Shown here: in pieces, positions 7,724 through 16,177 of the stretch | Position numbering within the stretch: the stretch's first letter is position 1 | Layout: each line of letters begins with the position of its first letter | Virus record (IMG/VR): IMGVR_UViG_3300018757_000030 | Source: a virus | Direction: 5' to 3' (one strand) | Length of the DNA: 64,000 bases | The notes under the pieces: model-generated | What the model was told of the DNA's origin: nothing | What the model saw: the letters and a program-made list of their open reading frames with translations, nothing else | Database searches by the model: none | Program-made: the position numbers and the translations under genes

Positions 7724-7763
7724 CGTATTTCCTCCTTTGGTTTTGCGGCATAGCCGCCATCGA

Positions 7764-7937
7764 TTAAGGACACGTACAGTACATTCCCGGTCTATCGCAA
7801 TAAGGGCAAAATTCTACAAGTTCCATTTCGGGTTCAATGCGCCGGCATGATTTACAGTAATAGGATTCAGGATTTCCACCATCGTCTCGGGTGGATTCGG
7901 TTTCGGCCCAGCAGCATTTTGTTAAATAACGATCCAT
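7764..7937 (-). CDS. Small Cys-rich protein
   Basis: SD aaaggag then MDRYLTKCC..CKSC..CPYC. Confidence 0.6.
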   Translation of the reverse strand: MDRYLTKCCWAETESTRDDGGNPESYYCKSCRRIEPEMELVEFCPYCDRPGMYCTCP

Positions 7938-7983
7938 GGTTATGCTCCTTTGGTTAGTGGGGGAGGGGTAGCCTCCCCTGGGG

Positions 7984-8184
7984 TTAACACTCAATGTATT
8001 CGCTTTTAGATCCGCATTTTTTACACTCGACTATGTGGATGTAATAGCCGCCATCAACATGACCGTCACTATACGCTTCGCACTGGATTGTTCTATACCC
8101 AATGCCACCGTAAAACTCGTGTTTATTTCCACACTCGCACGTACACTCTTTGTCTCGGAATGCCCCTGTGCATTTAGAGTTCAT
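7984..8184 (-). CDS. Small Cys-rich (Zn-binding) protein
   Basis: CTCECG..CKKCG motifs. Confidence 0.6.
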   Translation of the reverse strand: MNSKCTGAFRDKECTCECGNKHEFYGGIGYRTIQCEAYSDGHVDGGYYIHIVECKKCGSKSEYIEC

Positions 8185-8512
8185 CCGGATCTCCCATAAT
8201 CTCATGTGGGTACAGTTGATCTTTGATCAGGTGATATGCATCTGTACGATCGTATAAAGGAGCATATCTATACCGTTTATCATCATTTGTTCCTCGGCCT
8301 GCTAATGCGATATGTCGGAATGCAGATGGCTTTTCTCGGCCGCTGCTCAGGATCGGGACACCCAATTCATTGCACCGGCTTCTAGTAAGTAGGACAGCAA
8401 ATCGATATGGTGTATCGGTCCAGCGTTTAGAAATTGAGTTGTAGTAAGGTAATCCCGTTTCTAAAACCTCTTCTTTCGTGTACCAGCCTTTTTTATTCGG
8501 CATCGTCTTCAT
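8174..8512 (-). CDS. Hypothetical protein
   Basis: SD ggagg; co-oriented. Confidence 0.7.
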   Translation of the reverse strand: MKTMPNKKGWYTKEEVLETGLPYYNSISKRWTDTPYRFAVLLTRSRCNELGVPILSSGREKPSAFRHIALAGRGTNDDKRYRYAPLYDRTDAYHLIKDQLYPHEIMGDPDEL

Positions 8513-8642
8513 CCTCCATCAGTTCAATGTCCGGGTGGTTCGGCGGATAAACTCTCCATTTTCTTGCCTGGGCACGCTCATACTGATACATAGCCTCTTC
8601 TTCTCGCCATTCGTCTCTATGGTTTTCGTATGGGTCTTTCAC
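8493..8642 (-). CDS. Small acidic protein (49 aa, not in ORF track)
   Basis: SD aaggaggg, GTG start, MKDPYENHRDEWREEEAMYQY. Confidence 0.55.
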   Translation of the reverse strand: MKDPYENHRDEWREEEAMYQYERAQARKWRVYPPNHPDIELMEDEDDAE

Positions 8643-8661
8643 GTCTTATCCCTCCTTGGGT

Positions 8662-9150
8662 TTATAGGGCTTCCCTAGCGCGTTGGCCGCCGTCCTTGTC
8701 GATTGCTACGATTGGACCCCAGTCAGTTTCGGTAATCGCCACTTTGTAATTTTCTTCGTCCGCATAAAACCTTAGCGCTTCATCCTTGCGCTCGATCTCC
8801 ATTCTCAGTCGCTCATTCTCTTTTCTAAACTGTGCGGCAAGCTTTTCTTGCTTTAAATACTGCTTATCCGCGTTACAAAAAGCTTTTTCCCATCGCTTGG
8901 ATTCTTGTTCCTTGCGTTCGATCTCTTGTAATAGGTATGTGATGTATTCCGGGGCTTTGGCGATAAAGTGTGCATTCCCCTCATAGTTCTCCATGGGTTC
9001 TTCGGACTTATACCAGAGCTGGCATATCCAGTTGTCTGCAGATGCGCCTTTCGCACTCACTTTAGCTCCGGAATTATGGACGTACGCTTCCCACGGTCCC
9101 GGCGTTGCTTTTAATAGCACTTCTTTTATCTCTTGGATTTTATCCGACAT
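8662..9150 (-). CDS. Ead/Ea22-like protein
   Basis: ATPGPWE...NAHFIAKAPEYITYLLQEIE, then a coiled coil. Confidence 0.7.
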   Translation of the reverse strand: MSDKIQEIKEVLLKATPGPWEAYVHNSGAKVSAKGASADNWICQLWYKSEEPMENYEGNAHFIAKAPEYITYLLQEIERKEQESKRWEKAFCNADKQYLKQEKLAAQFRKENERLRMEIERKDEALRFYADEENYKVAITETDWGPIVAIDKDGGQRAREAL

Positions 9151-9685
9151 GTCTCCACACCTTTCTCGATCTTATCCGCTCTATCGTTGACTTAGAAACG
9201 AGGTATTTAGCCGAAATCTCCTTTGTAGTTTTTCCGATGCTTAACATGTGTTGTATTTCTTTAACTTCGGCTTCTTTCAGTTTTGAACTTCCGTTTCTCG
9301 AGCCCTTAGCTGTCATGCCATGCTTTTCTCTGTCTTTGGCATTTTCTTTTCTCGTACCCCAACACAAATTATCTTTGTTATTGTTCGTCCTGTTTCCATC
9401 CAAATGTCTGATTTCGTGATTAGGTGAAGGTCTCAAAGGTAAAAATGCATCAGCTACTAATTTGTGAACTAGGTGTCTTTTAGACCTACCGTTGATTGTG
9501 ATATTCACCCTGTTGTAACCGTGTGAATTTTGTATTTGCTTAAGACACCTGATTCCATAGCCCCTCCAATTACTCGTTGAAATAACCTCTCCTTTTGGTG
9601 TTATAAAGTAGCCTGGAGCTCCTTTTATTTCCGTTGCTGCCGCCAGCGCTGCTTTTATCTCGTCTATCTTGTTCTGTTCGCTCAT
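9140..9685 (-). CDS. HNH homing-type endonuclease
   Basis: HLVHKLVADAF, RHLDGNRTNNNKDNLCWGTRKEN, C-terminal HTH-like segment. Confidence 0.85.
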   Translation of the reverse strand: MSEQNKIDEIKAALAAATEIKGAPGYFITPKGEVISTSNWRGYGIRCLKQIQNSHGYNRVNITINGRSKRHLVHKLVADAFLPLRPSPNHEIRHLDGNRTNNNKDNLCWGTRKENAKDREKHGMTAKGSRNGSSKLKEAEVKEIQHMLSIGKTTKEISAKYLVSKSTIERIRSRKVWRHVG

Positions 9686-9687
9686 TG

Positions 9688-9963
9688 TTATCTGCCCTCC
9701 ATAGGCTCATTTAATCTAAATGGAGCTTCACCTTTGACCATTTTCTTTGCAAATGCCCTTACTTCTCCCGGATGCATATCCATTGGCATCTGTGTCATGA
9801 CTTCCCAACCTTCGTTCAAGCGTTCAATCTGCTGGATTAACCATTTCACCTCGGTTATCTCCGATTCAGCAAGCGGTTCTCCTTCTTGTGCTGCGCCCCA
9901 CCATAATTTGTTGAATTCCAATCTCGTTGAGAAATCGTCATCCTTGACGTTTACTATCTCCAT
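9688..9963 (-). CDS. Hypothetical protein
   Basis: SD taaggag. Confidence 0.7.
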   Translation of the reverse strand: MEIVNVKDDDFSTRLEFNKLWWGAAQEGEPLAESEITEVKWLIQQIERLNEGWEVMTQMPMDMHPGEVRAFAKKMVKGEAPFRLNEPMEGR

Positions 9964-10006
9964 CCGTTATCTCTCCTTATGGGCTATTGTGGGGCTTATA
10001 CAGCCC

Positions 10007-10099
10007 CTATACCGTTACTTTGGATTCGATGTATTGCTTATAGGCTTTCATGTGTTCTGAATGGTAATAATCAGCAATGATGACTGTTTGTTTGTACAT
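10007..10099 (-). CDS. Tiny ORF (30 aa, not in ORF track)
   Basis: MYKQTVIIADYYHSEHMKAYKQYIESKVTV with SD; fills the gap. Confidence 0.4.
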   Translation of the reverse strand: MYKQTVIIADYYHSEHMKAYKQYIESKVTV

Positions 10100-10277
10100 C
10101 CTCGATCTCTCCTTTGATCTTTTCAGCTGCTTCATTAACCTTGTCTTGCCACCGTTGCAACCCTTCGTATCCTGGCCCTATATTGGACACGCATTCCTGA
10201 CGTAAAGGGCAGCCGCCGCAATTCTTGGCGTAGTTTTCTGAGCATATGTCTAATGCTGCTTGTGAGAGAGTTGTCAT
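10071..10277 (-). CDS. Hypothetical Cys-containing protein
   Basis: SD taaggag; C..N..CGGCPLRQEC. Confidence 0.65.
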   Translation of the reverse strand: MTTLSQAALDICSENYAKNCGGCPLRQECVSNIGPGYEGLQRWQDKVNEAAEKIKGEIEDVQTNSHHC

Positions 10278-10308
10278 CCGTTATCTCTCCTTATATGGGG
10301 TATGGGGG

Positions 10309-10674
10309 TTAATGAAGACTAACCGAGAAACTAGCTACGACCTCGCCGTATACATTGGCCGAACCTCTTATATGACCTTTCGATAAGGCACATGGCTTAT
10401 AATTTTCGTAAAGAGTTGGCCATCTTTCTTTGTGGTCAGCCGTTATATATGCCCATACCTTGAAATCCTCCGCATGCTTATCTGGATTGTCCTCACAGCC
10501 GCCGTTATACCAATCTTCCTCAATCGCCTTTTCCAGTTCCGATTCACTATCAGAAACGATGTATTCTGCTCCGTATCTGCTGTACAAGAGGTACAATTCA
10601 TCCCATTCTTCAACCTTCGGTAATTCGCTTTTGATGTATCTCATAGCTTCTAAGATTGATTCAAAAACCTGCAT
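10309..10674 (-). CDS. Hypothetical protein
   Basis: SD aaaggag. Confidence 0.7.
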   Translation of the reverse strand: MQVFESILEAMRYIKSELPKVEEWDELYLLYSRYGAEYIVSDSESELEKAIEEDWYNGGCEDNPDKHAEDFKVWAYITADHKERWPTLYENYKPCALSKGHIRGSANVYGEVVASFSVSLH

Positions 10675-10702
10675 CCTTTATCGCTCCTTTGGGGTTAATG
10701 GG

Positions 10703-11125
10703 TTAATAGCCGGTGCTGCCAAAGCCGCCTGTGCCGCGCTCAGTTGATGTAAGATCATCAGTCTCAACCAAGTTCGCTCTTACCACTGGAGCAATTACAC
10801 CTTGAGCAATTCGCATTCCCATAGGTATTAGATCTTTTTCGTCCCCGATGTTATCAACGATGATTCCGATCTCTCCGCGATATCCTGAATCAACAGTTCC
10901 GAATTGCACTCTTAATTTCGAATGAAGCGTGAATCCGGATCGAGGTCGAATCTGTAATTCATAGCCTTCAGGTAATTCAAAAGCCAGACCTGTTTGGATT
11001 AGTTTTGTTTCCCCTGGCATAATGAAATTTGTATCAATCGACAACAGGTCAAAGCCACTATCACCAGGTTTTGCATAGGCCGGGATCACTGCGTTAGGGT
11101 GAACTTTCTTGATTTTTACGTTCAT
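10703..11125 (-). CDS. dut: Trimeric dUTPase
   Basis: Motifs GDSGFDL, RPRSG, GTVDSGYRGEIG, RIAQ, RGTGGFGSTG; start moved to ATG 11125 after SD ggagg. Confidence 0.95.
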   Translation of the reverse strand: MNVKIKKVHPNAVIPAYAKPGDSGFDLLSIDTNFIMPGETKLIQTGLAFELPEGYELQIRPRSGFTLHSKLRVQFGTVDSGYRGEIGIIVDNIGDEKDLIPMGMRIAQGVIAPVVRANLVETDDLTSTERGTGGFGSTGY

Positions 11126-11209
11126 ATTTACCTCCATAATTTGTATTTGATGGAACACCAGTTTGGTTTGATGGGTGTAACAGGGTAACGGAAGAATTGC
11201 TATTGGTTC

Positions 11210-11734
11210 TTATGCTCTTTTCCGTTTGCTCTCTGACGGGCCTAGAATCGCCTCTATTACATCTTTCTGGTACTCAGTCATAGTTGACCCGGTTTGTACT
11301 GATCGAGCAACCTGGGCCAAAACAAACGCATCTCGCACGTTGTTAGATTCATGTTCGAATCCCCATAGTCGATTTATTGGGAGAATCATGTTTTCTTTCT
11401 TGGTTGTTCCCTTGCCGGTTGCGAACTTTTTTACCTGGGTCGGCGACACTTCAATCCATTTCATGTCCTGCCGGTAAAGCTCCAGTCTGATTGCATGGCC
11501 TAAGCCAAATTGAAAGTCGATTCCTTTTCCCTTGGATCCGAAGCTAAATCCTTCAACCGCGATCACATCGCCCAGTTCCAAATTGTCGAATATGGTTTCT
11601 ACGATCTCGCATATCTTCACAGTCTTGTCATTGGTATCTGGAGCAATTTCGAAACCATCCAGGTAATTCCCGTTCCGATCTAAGATCACAACTCCCGTTT
11701 CGCCGCTTGGATCGATGCCTACGTATCTTGTCAT
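11210..11734 (-). CDS. RuvC-like Holliday junction resolvase
   Basis: YVGIDPS, IAVEG, VSPTQVKKFATGKG..KKE, NNVRDA. Confidence 0.85.
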   Translation of the reverse strand: MTRYVGIDPSGETGVVILDRNGNYLDGFEIAPDTNDKTVKICEIVETIFDNLELGDVIAVEGFSFGSKGKGIDFQFGLGHAIRLELYRQDMKWIEVSPTQVKKFATGKGTTKKENMILPINRLWGFEHESNNVRDAFVLAQVARSVQTGSTMTEYQKDVIEAILGPSESKRKRA

Positions 11735-11871
11735 TTCGCCCGTCCCCTATCTTTATGGTCTAGTACATAGCGTTGACCCCGTATTATCAGAACTGTTGGT
11801 TTGCCATTCTTTACTTTGGCGATAGTAGCAGCTGGTCTGTACGGTTGGCCTTTCTCGAATACCTTTTTCAT
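11731..11871 (-). CDS. Small basic protein (46 aa, not in ORF track)
   Basis: MKKVFEKGQPYRPAATIAKVKNGKPTVLIIRGQRYVLDHKDRGRAK; ATGA overlaps on both sides. Confidence 0.65.
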   Translation of the reverse strand: MKKVFEKGQPYRPAATIAKVKNGKPTVLIIRGQRYVLDHKDRGRAK

Positions 11872-12125
11872 ACGCTCACCCGCCATAAACTTGGTTTATT
11901 GTTGCCTTCGTTCTCACGCCGTTCTGCTATTTGATCGATCATATCCACTATCTTGTTGCGAATATAATCTCTACGGTAAGGAGCTGGTACGCCGAACATG
12001 GTGGCCTCTTCTGACGCTTTAGCAATCATCCGATCGGCACTTTGTAGGTGCTGAAATATATGCCATTCCCAAGCCCCAAATATTTCATCCATCACCGGCT
12101 CATGATTTTTTTGTTTACGACCCAT
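11868..12125 (-). CDS. Hypothetical protein
   Basis: Co-oriented, coupled. Confidence 0.6.
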   Translation of the reverse strand: MGRKQKNHEPVMDEIFGAWEWHIFQHLQSADRMIAKASEEATMFGVPAPYRRDYIRNKIVDMIDQIAERRENEGNNKPSLWRVSV

Positions 12126-12250
12126 TGCGCACTCACTCCCAGGCGTTTTATAGCTTCCATAGCTGCATGCTTCCTACAGTCAAAGTCAAGTTCACAGTTC
12201 ATAATGATCTCAATGAGTTCAGCGTCTTTCTTGCTCTCCATGACGTTCAC
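12092..12250 (-). CDS. Hypothetical protein
   Basis: GTG at 12250 after SD ggagg; shortened from the ORF track. Confidence 0.55.
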   Translation of the reverse strand: MNVMESKKDAELIEIIMNCELDFDCRKHAAMEAIKRLGVSAQWVVNKKIMSR

Positions 12251-12347
12251 TTTGGTTTTCCTCCTCCCACCGTAAGCATTCACGTCCCCGGCGCATGAAT
12301 TCTTCAAAGTCTTCATCGATCAAGTTGTAATCATCGATTGGTTTCAT
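12219..12347 (-). CDS. Small acidic protein (42 aa, not in ORF track)
   Basis: SD aaggag; MKPIDDYNLIDEDFEEFMRRG. Confidence 0.45.
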   Translation of the reverse strand: MKPIDDYNLIDEDFEEFMRRGRECLRWEEENQSERHGEQERR

Positions 12348-12356
12348 ATCGTCTCC

Positions 12357-13163
12357 TTACTGCAGCCGGTAGTTCAATTCAATGCCGCCTGTTAGTGTTA
12401 CTTTGTAATCCCGGCACATTTCGTTGATACGGCTGCCTATCGCTTCGTCAAACTCACACATATCAGCAATGCTTTTTTCTGAGCTAACCAGAATCGGCAG
12501 GTTCTCAAGATATCGATAGTTCACGATGCCAAAGAGTTGTTCCAGTTGGTAGGGCGTTGGTTTTTCACGCCCCTTGAACAAGTCATCAATGAAAAGCACC
12601 TCGGCTCGTTGTAGCCGGTTAATCCGTTCCTCTGCTCGACCAAGGTCACTCTTTATCTCGTTGAATCCTTCCACCCAAGGGAAGTAAACTACTTCAATTC
12701 CCTTTTGGATTAAGTTGTTCGCTATCGCCATTATTAAATGTGTTTTGCCGCAACCAGGACGCCCTAGGAGGGCCGCACTGTTCTTCCGGGTCTGTTTGAT
12801 CCTCGGGAAGTCTACAACGTATCTACGGGCCGTATGGAAGGCCTGAACAACGATTTCAGGTCGCCCCTCCGTGTTGAAGTTTCCAAAGGTTTTCTTTTGG
12901 AACTCTTCGGTAATCTGACTGGATTTCATCAAGCGTTCAATTCGGCGTTTCTTGATGCACTCACAGTCGCGCCAGTATTCTCGGCCTTGATCGTCTTTGT
13001 AAAAGCTGCCTTCCTGGTCTTTGCAAATGGGACAGTTATAAGAGGGTTGGGTCTGATTCGTATTCCCATTCGAATTTTCTGTTTTCATCGAGGAATGCAA
13101 ACTCGCTCTTTTTTTGATTTCCTCCAGGTTGAAGTTCTTCAGCGCTTCCTTTAGGCTTTCCAA
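12357..13163 (-). CDS. DnaC/IstB-like AAA+ helicase loader
   Basis: Zn finger CPIC..CEC, Walker A GRPGCGKT, Walker B LFIDD, NYRY...ILVSS, IGSRI. Confidence 0.92.
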   Translation of the reverse strand: MESLKEALKNFNLEEIKKRASLHSSMKTENSNGNTNQTQPSYNCPICKDQEGSFYKDDQGREYWRDCECIKKRRIERLMKSSQITEEFQKKTFGNFNTEGRPEIVVQAFHTARRYVVDFPRIKQTRKNSAALLGRPGCGKTHLIMAIANNLIQKGIEVVYFPWVEGFNEIKSDLGRAEERINRLQRAEVLFIDDLFKGREKPTPYQLEQLFGIVNYRYLENLPILVSSEKSIADMCEFDEAIGSRINEMCRDYKVTLTGGIELNYRLQ

Positions 13164-13905
13164 GTCCGGCCCCTCCCTCCTGATAGTCCTTATAGCGTTC
13201 TTCGTTTAAAAAGGTCTTAGGATGTTTGATATATTGCGGTTCTGTATTCAACCGATCGCATTGAACTTTGTAATTCTCAGCGCATCGGATTATGAGTTGC
13301 GGATCCTCGCCTTTCTTCAAAACGGTGTTCCAAGTTTTAAAGGCTTCTGCTTTTCCGATCTTGCGAGGATAGGTATTCCAGAATAATTCAAAATCAGAAG
13401 TGTATTCTTTTTTACTTTTATTTAATTTACTTTCTCTTTCCTTTCCTTTACTTTCCTTTCCTTGCATTCCATTTGCATCTGCATTGCTATGCATTTGCAT
13501 ATCTGTTGCATTTTCTTCACTATCCTCAGATGGTTGTTTTTCCTTATCCCATCTGGCTTTAGCCGCCTTTCGGCGCGCCTCTGATTTTTGCTCTCGAATC
13601 TCCATTCTTCTGAGTAAAGAGGCGCTCCAAAAGTGCGTTTCATCTGCTTCAAACAAATCAAACTCATGAATGCAATCACGTATGAATTCTTCAATTCGTT
13701 TGCTATCACCATGCAATTGCAATGCAAATGCATTAAATGCGTATTTGGAATGCATATCAAGTTTGTATCCCTGGGATTCACGCATCATCTCAATAAGCAT
13801 CCAGTACCAGCCGTACCCTTCCGATCCGTACACACCGCGCATTGCAGTTATTTTAGGGTCGTGCCTGGCGTTGCTATCATGAGAAAAGTAATATGCCTCC
13901 TTCAT
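13036..13905 (-). CDS. Phage replication initiator (DUF4373-like N-terminus)
   Basis: YFSHDSNARHDPKI..GYGWYW; C-terminal FELFWNTYPRK..K.EA..YIKHP.TFLN; upstream of the loader. Confidence 0.85.
   Translation of the reverse strand: MKEAYYFSHDSNARHDPKITAMRGVYGSEGYGWYWMLIEMMRESQGYKLDMHSKYAFNAFALQLHGDSKRIEEFIRDCIHEFDLFEADETHFWSASLLRRMEIREQKSEARRKAAKARWDKEKQPSEDSEENATDMQMHSNADANGMQGKESKGKERESKLNKSKKEYTSDFELFWNTYPRKIGKAEAFKTWNTVLKKGEDPQLIIRCAENYKVQCDRLNTEPQYIKHPKTFLNEERYKDYQEGGAGLGKPKGSAEELQPGGNQKKSEFAFLDENRKFEWEYESDPTLL
13408..13510. other. Probable replication origin: TGCA iterons plus AT/pyrimidine tract inside the initiator gene
   Basis: tgcattccatttgcatctgcattgctatgcatttgcatatctgttgca at 13463-13510 next to a T-rich tract at 13408-13462; second TGCA cluster near 13711-13754. 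Confidence 0.6.
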
Positions 13906-13917
13906 TTCACCACCTAC

Positions 13918-14451
13918 TTAATTTGTAAGTTCTTTAAGAGTGAATAGGTCATGTACCTTTGTCATTCTCATTGGAAGAACCAGATAATTAATGTTCTCAA
14001 AGTAGACAGGCTGAAAGTATCCGTTGCACTTGATGTTTTCTCGCCCAAAGTGCTCACCAACTGCCTGTAAGTAGTTTTCGTTGATGAAAATAAACTGATC
14101 TTCATGTTTGAAGACTCTAAGGTATCCGACATCCCCAGCATCGTGAATAAAGCTCGTGTAAGTCGCTGGTTTTCCTTCACTAACCGGCTTCCATCGTTCG
14201 TCGGTGAGGGCTACATTTCTTAAAGGTACGTCAGAGTAATGGGCGTTCTGTAATAACATTCCGTCCTCAGGAGCCTCGCCAAAAACAGAAAGGAGAGTAA
14301 CCAACACTTCACGAGGTAATTCATCAAATTTGATCAACCAGTGACGGTTTGTAATCGTGTGGCATCCATCTCTCAAAGACCAAATCAATCGGTTTTTATC
14401 GGACTTGATTTGCTTGCAAAGTCCTTTTATATTCAATCCATTATTCTTCAT
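13918..14451 (-). CDS. Hypothetical protein, possible beta-clamp-like domain
   Basis: SD gaagggag then MKNNG; FINENYLQAV and terminal YLVLPMR. Confidence 0.65.
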   Translation of the reverse strand: MKNNGLNIKGLCKQIKSDKNRLIWSLRDGCHTITNRHWLIKFDELPREVLVTLLSVFGEAPEDGMLLQNAHYSDVPLRNVALTDERWKPVSEGKPATYTSFIHDAGDVGYLRVFKHEDQFIFINENYLQAVGEHFGRENIKCNGYFQPVYFENINYLVLPMRMTKVHDLFTLKELTN

Positions 14452-14812
14452 TTGCGTTGCTCCCTTCATATAGCTGCCGCCTGTAATCCTCGGCCCATTC
14501 CCGGCCTTCCCGGGTATAATCAATCCAGTTATGGCAGGTCCCGGTGTTAACACTAGGACCGCATAACATGGCAACGTCATTTACTGTGGTTTCCCCTTCG
14601 ATCTTCCAGCGCCGGATTAGGTGAGCGCATTGCAAGGTTTGATACTCTGGATTTCCATACTTGCCGCAACGCTCACACAGTCCTCCAGATCGCTCCATAG
14701 CTGCTTGGTATACTTCCGGCTTGATACGCCCTCGCATCTTGGTTGTGGGCTTTCTGCGGCGGCTGGTTGGCTTTGGGGCTGGGTTGAATCCAAAGGTGGT
14801 CATAGAGTCCAC
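14441..14812 (-). CDS. HNH-like nuclease
   Basis: ERSGGLCERCG..AHL..ND..MLC..CH. Confidence 0.7.
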   Translation of the reverse strand: MDSMTTFGFNPAPKPTSRRRKPTTKMRGRIKPEVYQAAMERSGGLCERCGKYGNPEYQTLQCAHLIRRWKIEGETTVNDVAMLCGPSVNTGTCHNWIDYTREGREWAEDYRRQLYEGSNANEE

Positions 14813-14815
14813 CTC

Positions 14816-15142
14816 CTAGATATCTGATTGATATTTAAGGATCGTCTGTAAAGCCGATACCTGAATTTTGATTGCGTCTGCTGCTTCGATACCAGCTTTG
14901 AATCTTGCCTCTGCCAAATCGCGTTGGAACAGCTTCTCTGATACGTTGCCTTTGGCAATGTCTGTGATAAGAGTTACCTGCATGCCCTCGGCCTTTAGTC
15001 TAAGCATCTCCTTGGCGAGCTCAGAGCGATATTCTCGCTCTGTCTCTGCTTTATCCCTACCAAGCTCGAAGAGTGCGTCAGCAGACTTACTAAGCCGTTG
15101 TGAGGCGGCGTGTATTTCTTTGGTTATATCAGTAATATGCAT
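14816..15142 (-). CDS. Conserved helical phage protein
   Basis: AETEREYR..LAKE..IAKG pattern; position after ssb. Confidence 0.7.
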   Translation of the reverse strand: MHITDITKEIHAASQRLSKSADALFELGRDKAETEREYRSELAKEMLRLKAEGMQVTLITDIAKGNVSEKLFQRDLAEARFKAGIEAADAIKIQVSALQTILKYQSDI

Positions 15143-15150
15143 GGTTCACC

Positions 15151-15543
15151 TCAGAAAGGAAGCTCCCGATCATTGATGTCGATCGGTTGCCCTTCTCCTT
15201 CGAATGGGTCTTGCTGATTTTGTTGTTTATTTGAATCTAAGAAACGTACATTATCTGCAATGACTTCTGTTACATACCGTCTGCCATTTTCAGAATCCCA
15301 ACTGCGAACCTGTAAACGACCTTCGACCGCCACTAATTTCCCTTTTTGAGTATAGTTAGCGCATGTTTCTGCAAGTTGCCTCCATGTTACAATCGGGATG
15401 AAATCAGCTTCTCGATCTCCATTTCCATTCATAAAAGGTCGATCTACAGCGAGGGTGAACGTACATACAGCTACACCAGAAGGTGTATATTTCAATTCTG
15501 GATCTTTGGTCAATCTACCAATTAGAATTACTCTATTAAGCAT
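15151..15543 (-). CDS. ssb: Single-stranded DNA-binding protein
   Basis: MLNRVILIGRLTKDPELKYT, DFIPIVTW, KGKLVAVEGRLQ, acidic tail ending LPF. Confidence 0.97.
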   Translation of the reverse strand: MLNRVILIGRLTKDPELKYTPSGVAVCTFTLAVDRPFMNGNGDREADFIPIVTWRQLAETCANYTQKGKLVAVEGRLQVRSWDSENGRRYVTEVIADNVRFLDSNKQQNQQDPFEGEGQPIDINDRELPF

Positions 15544-16177
15544 TTACTTGCTCCTTCCCAGCCGACTCAAGCCGGTTGCATAATTCGTCATATTCTTCTT
15601 TGGTCAAGTCTTCAGCTTGCGTTTTGTTGTAGTCCTGCATGATTGCCTTTTTGACATCAGCAGCACTTATTTTCTTGCTGCTCGCTATTGCAAACAGCCG
15701 TTTAACCTGTGCCTCTGAACGCTTGTTTGGTTGGTTCTTGTATTCCACTTGATTGCCAGAAACGCCATTTGCATCATCGTCTTTTTCAGTGGAGATACCG
15801 GATATAGCCGACAAGGAGTAACGTTTCATGTAGGTGATTTGTCCGCCCAAATCCTGCATATTGTTGCTAGCCAACACACTTAATGGTTCGGATTTAACCC
15901 ACTCTCCTGACTCGTGTAGGAGCATAGTTTCAACCGACAGCACGAGATTTCCGTCTTGAAGAAACGTCTTAGGAGTTTGAAGAACAGCTATCCCGTTTTC
16001 TTTGTACACGCTCTTCAGAGCATCAAAAATGCCTTCAAGGTCGGTATATGAGAATTCATAAGTGCCTCCATCACGTTTCCTAACAACAACGTTGGTGTTG
16101 TGCTTGGGAGTCTCAATGGATCCCCAAGCAGCTACCAATGCCTTAGAAATAGATTGATTAGATTCAGAAAAGATCAT
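15536..16177 (-). CDS. ERF-family single-strand annealing protein
   Basis: FSYTDL, LLHESGEW, QDLGGQITYMKRYSLSAISGI..DDDA. Confidence 0.9.
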   Translation of the reverse strand: MIFSESNQSISKALVAAWGSIETPKHNTNVVVRKRDGGTYEFSYTDLEGIFDALKSVYKENGIAVLQTPKTFLQDGNLVLSVETMLLHESGEWVKSEPLSVLASNNMQDLGGQITYMKRYSLSAISGISTEKDDDANGVSGNQVEYKNQPNKRSEAQVKRLFAIASSKKISAADVKKAIMQDYNKTQAEDLTKEEYDELCNRLESAGKEQVNA

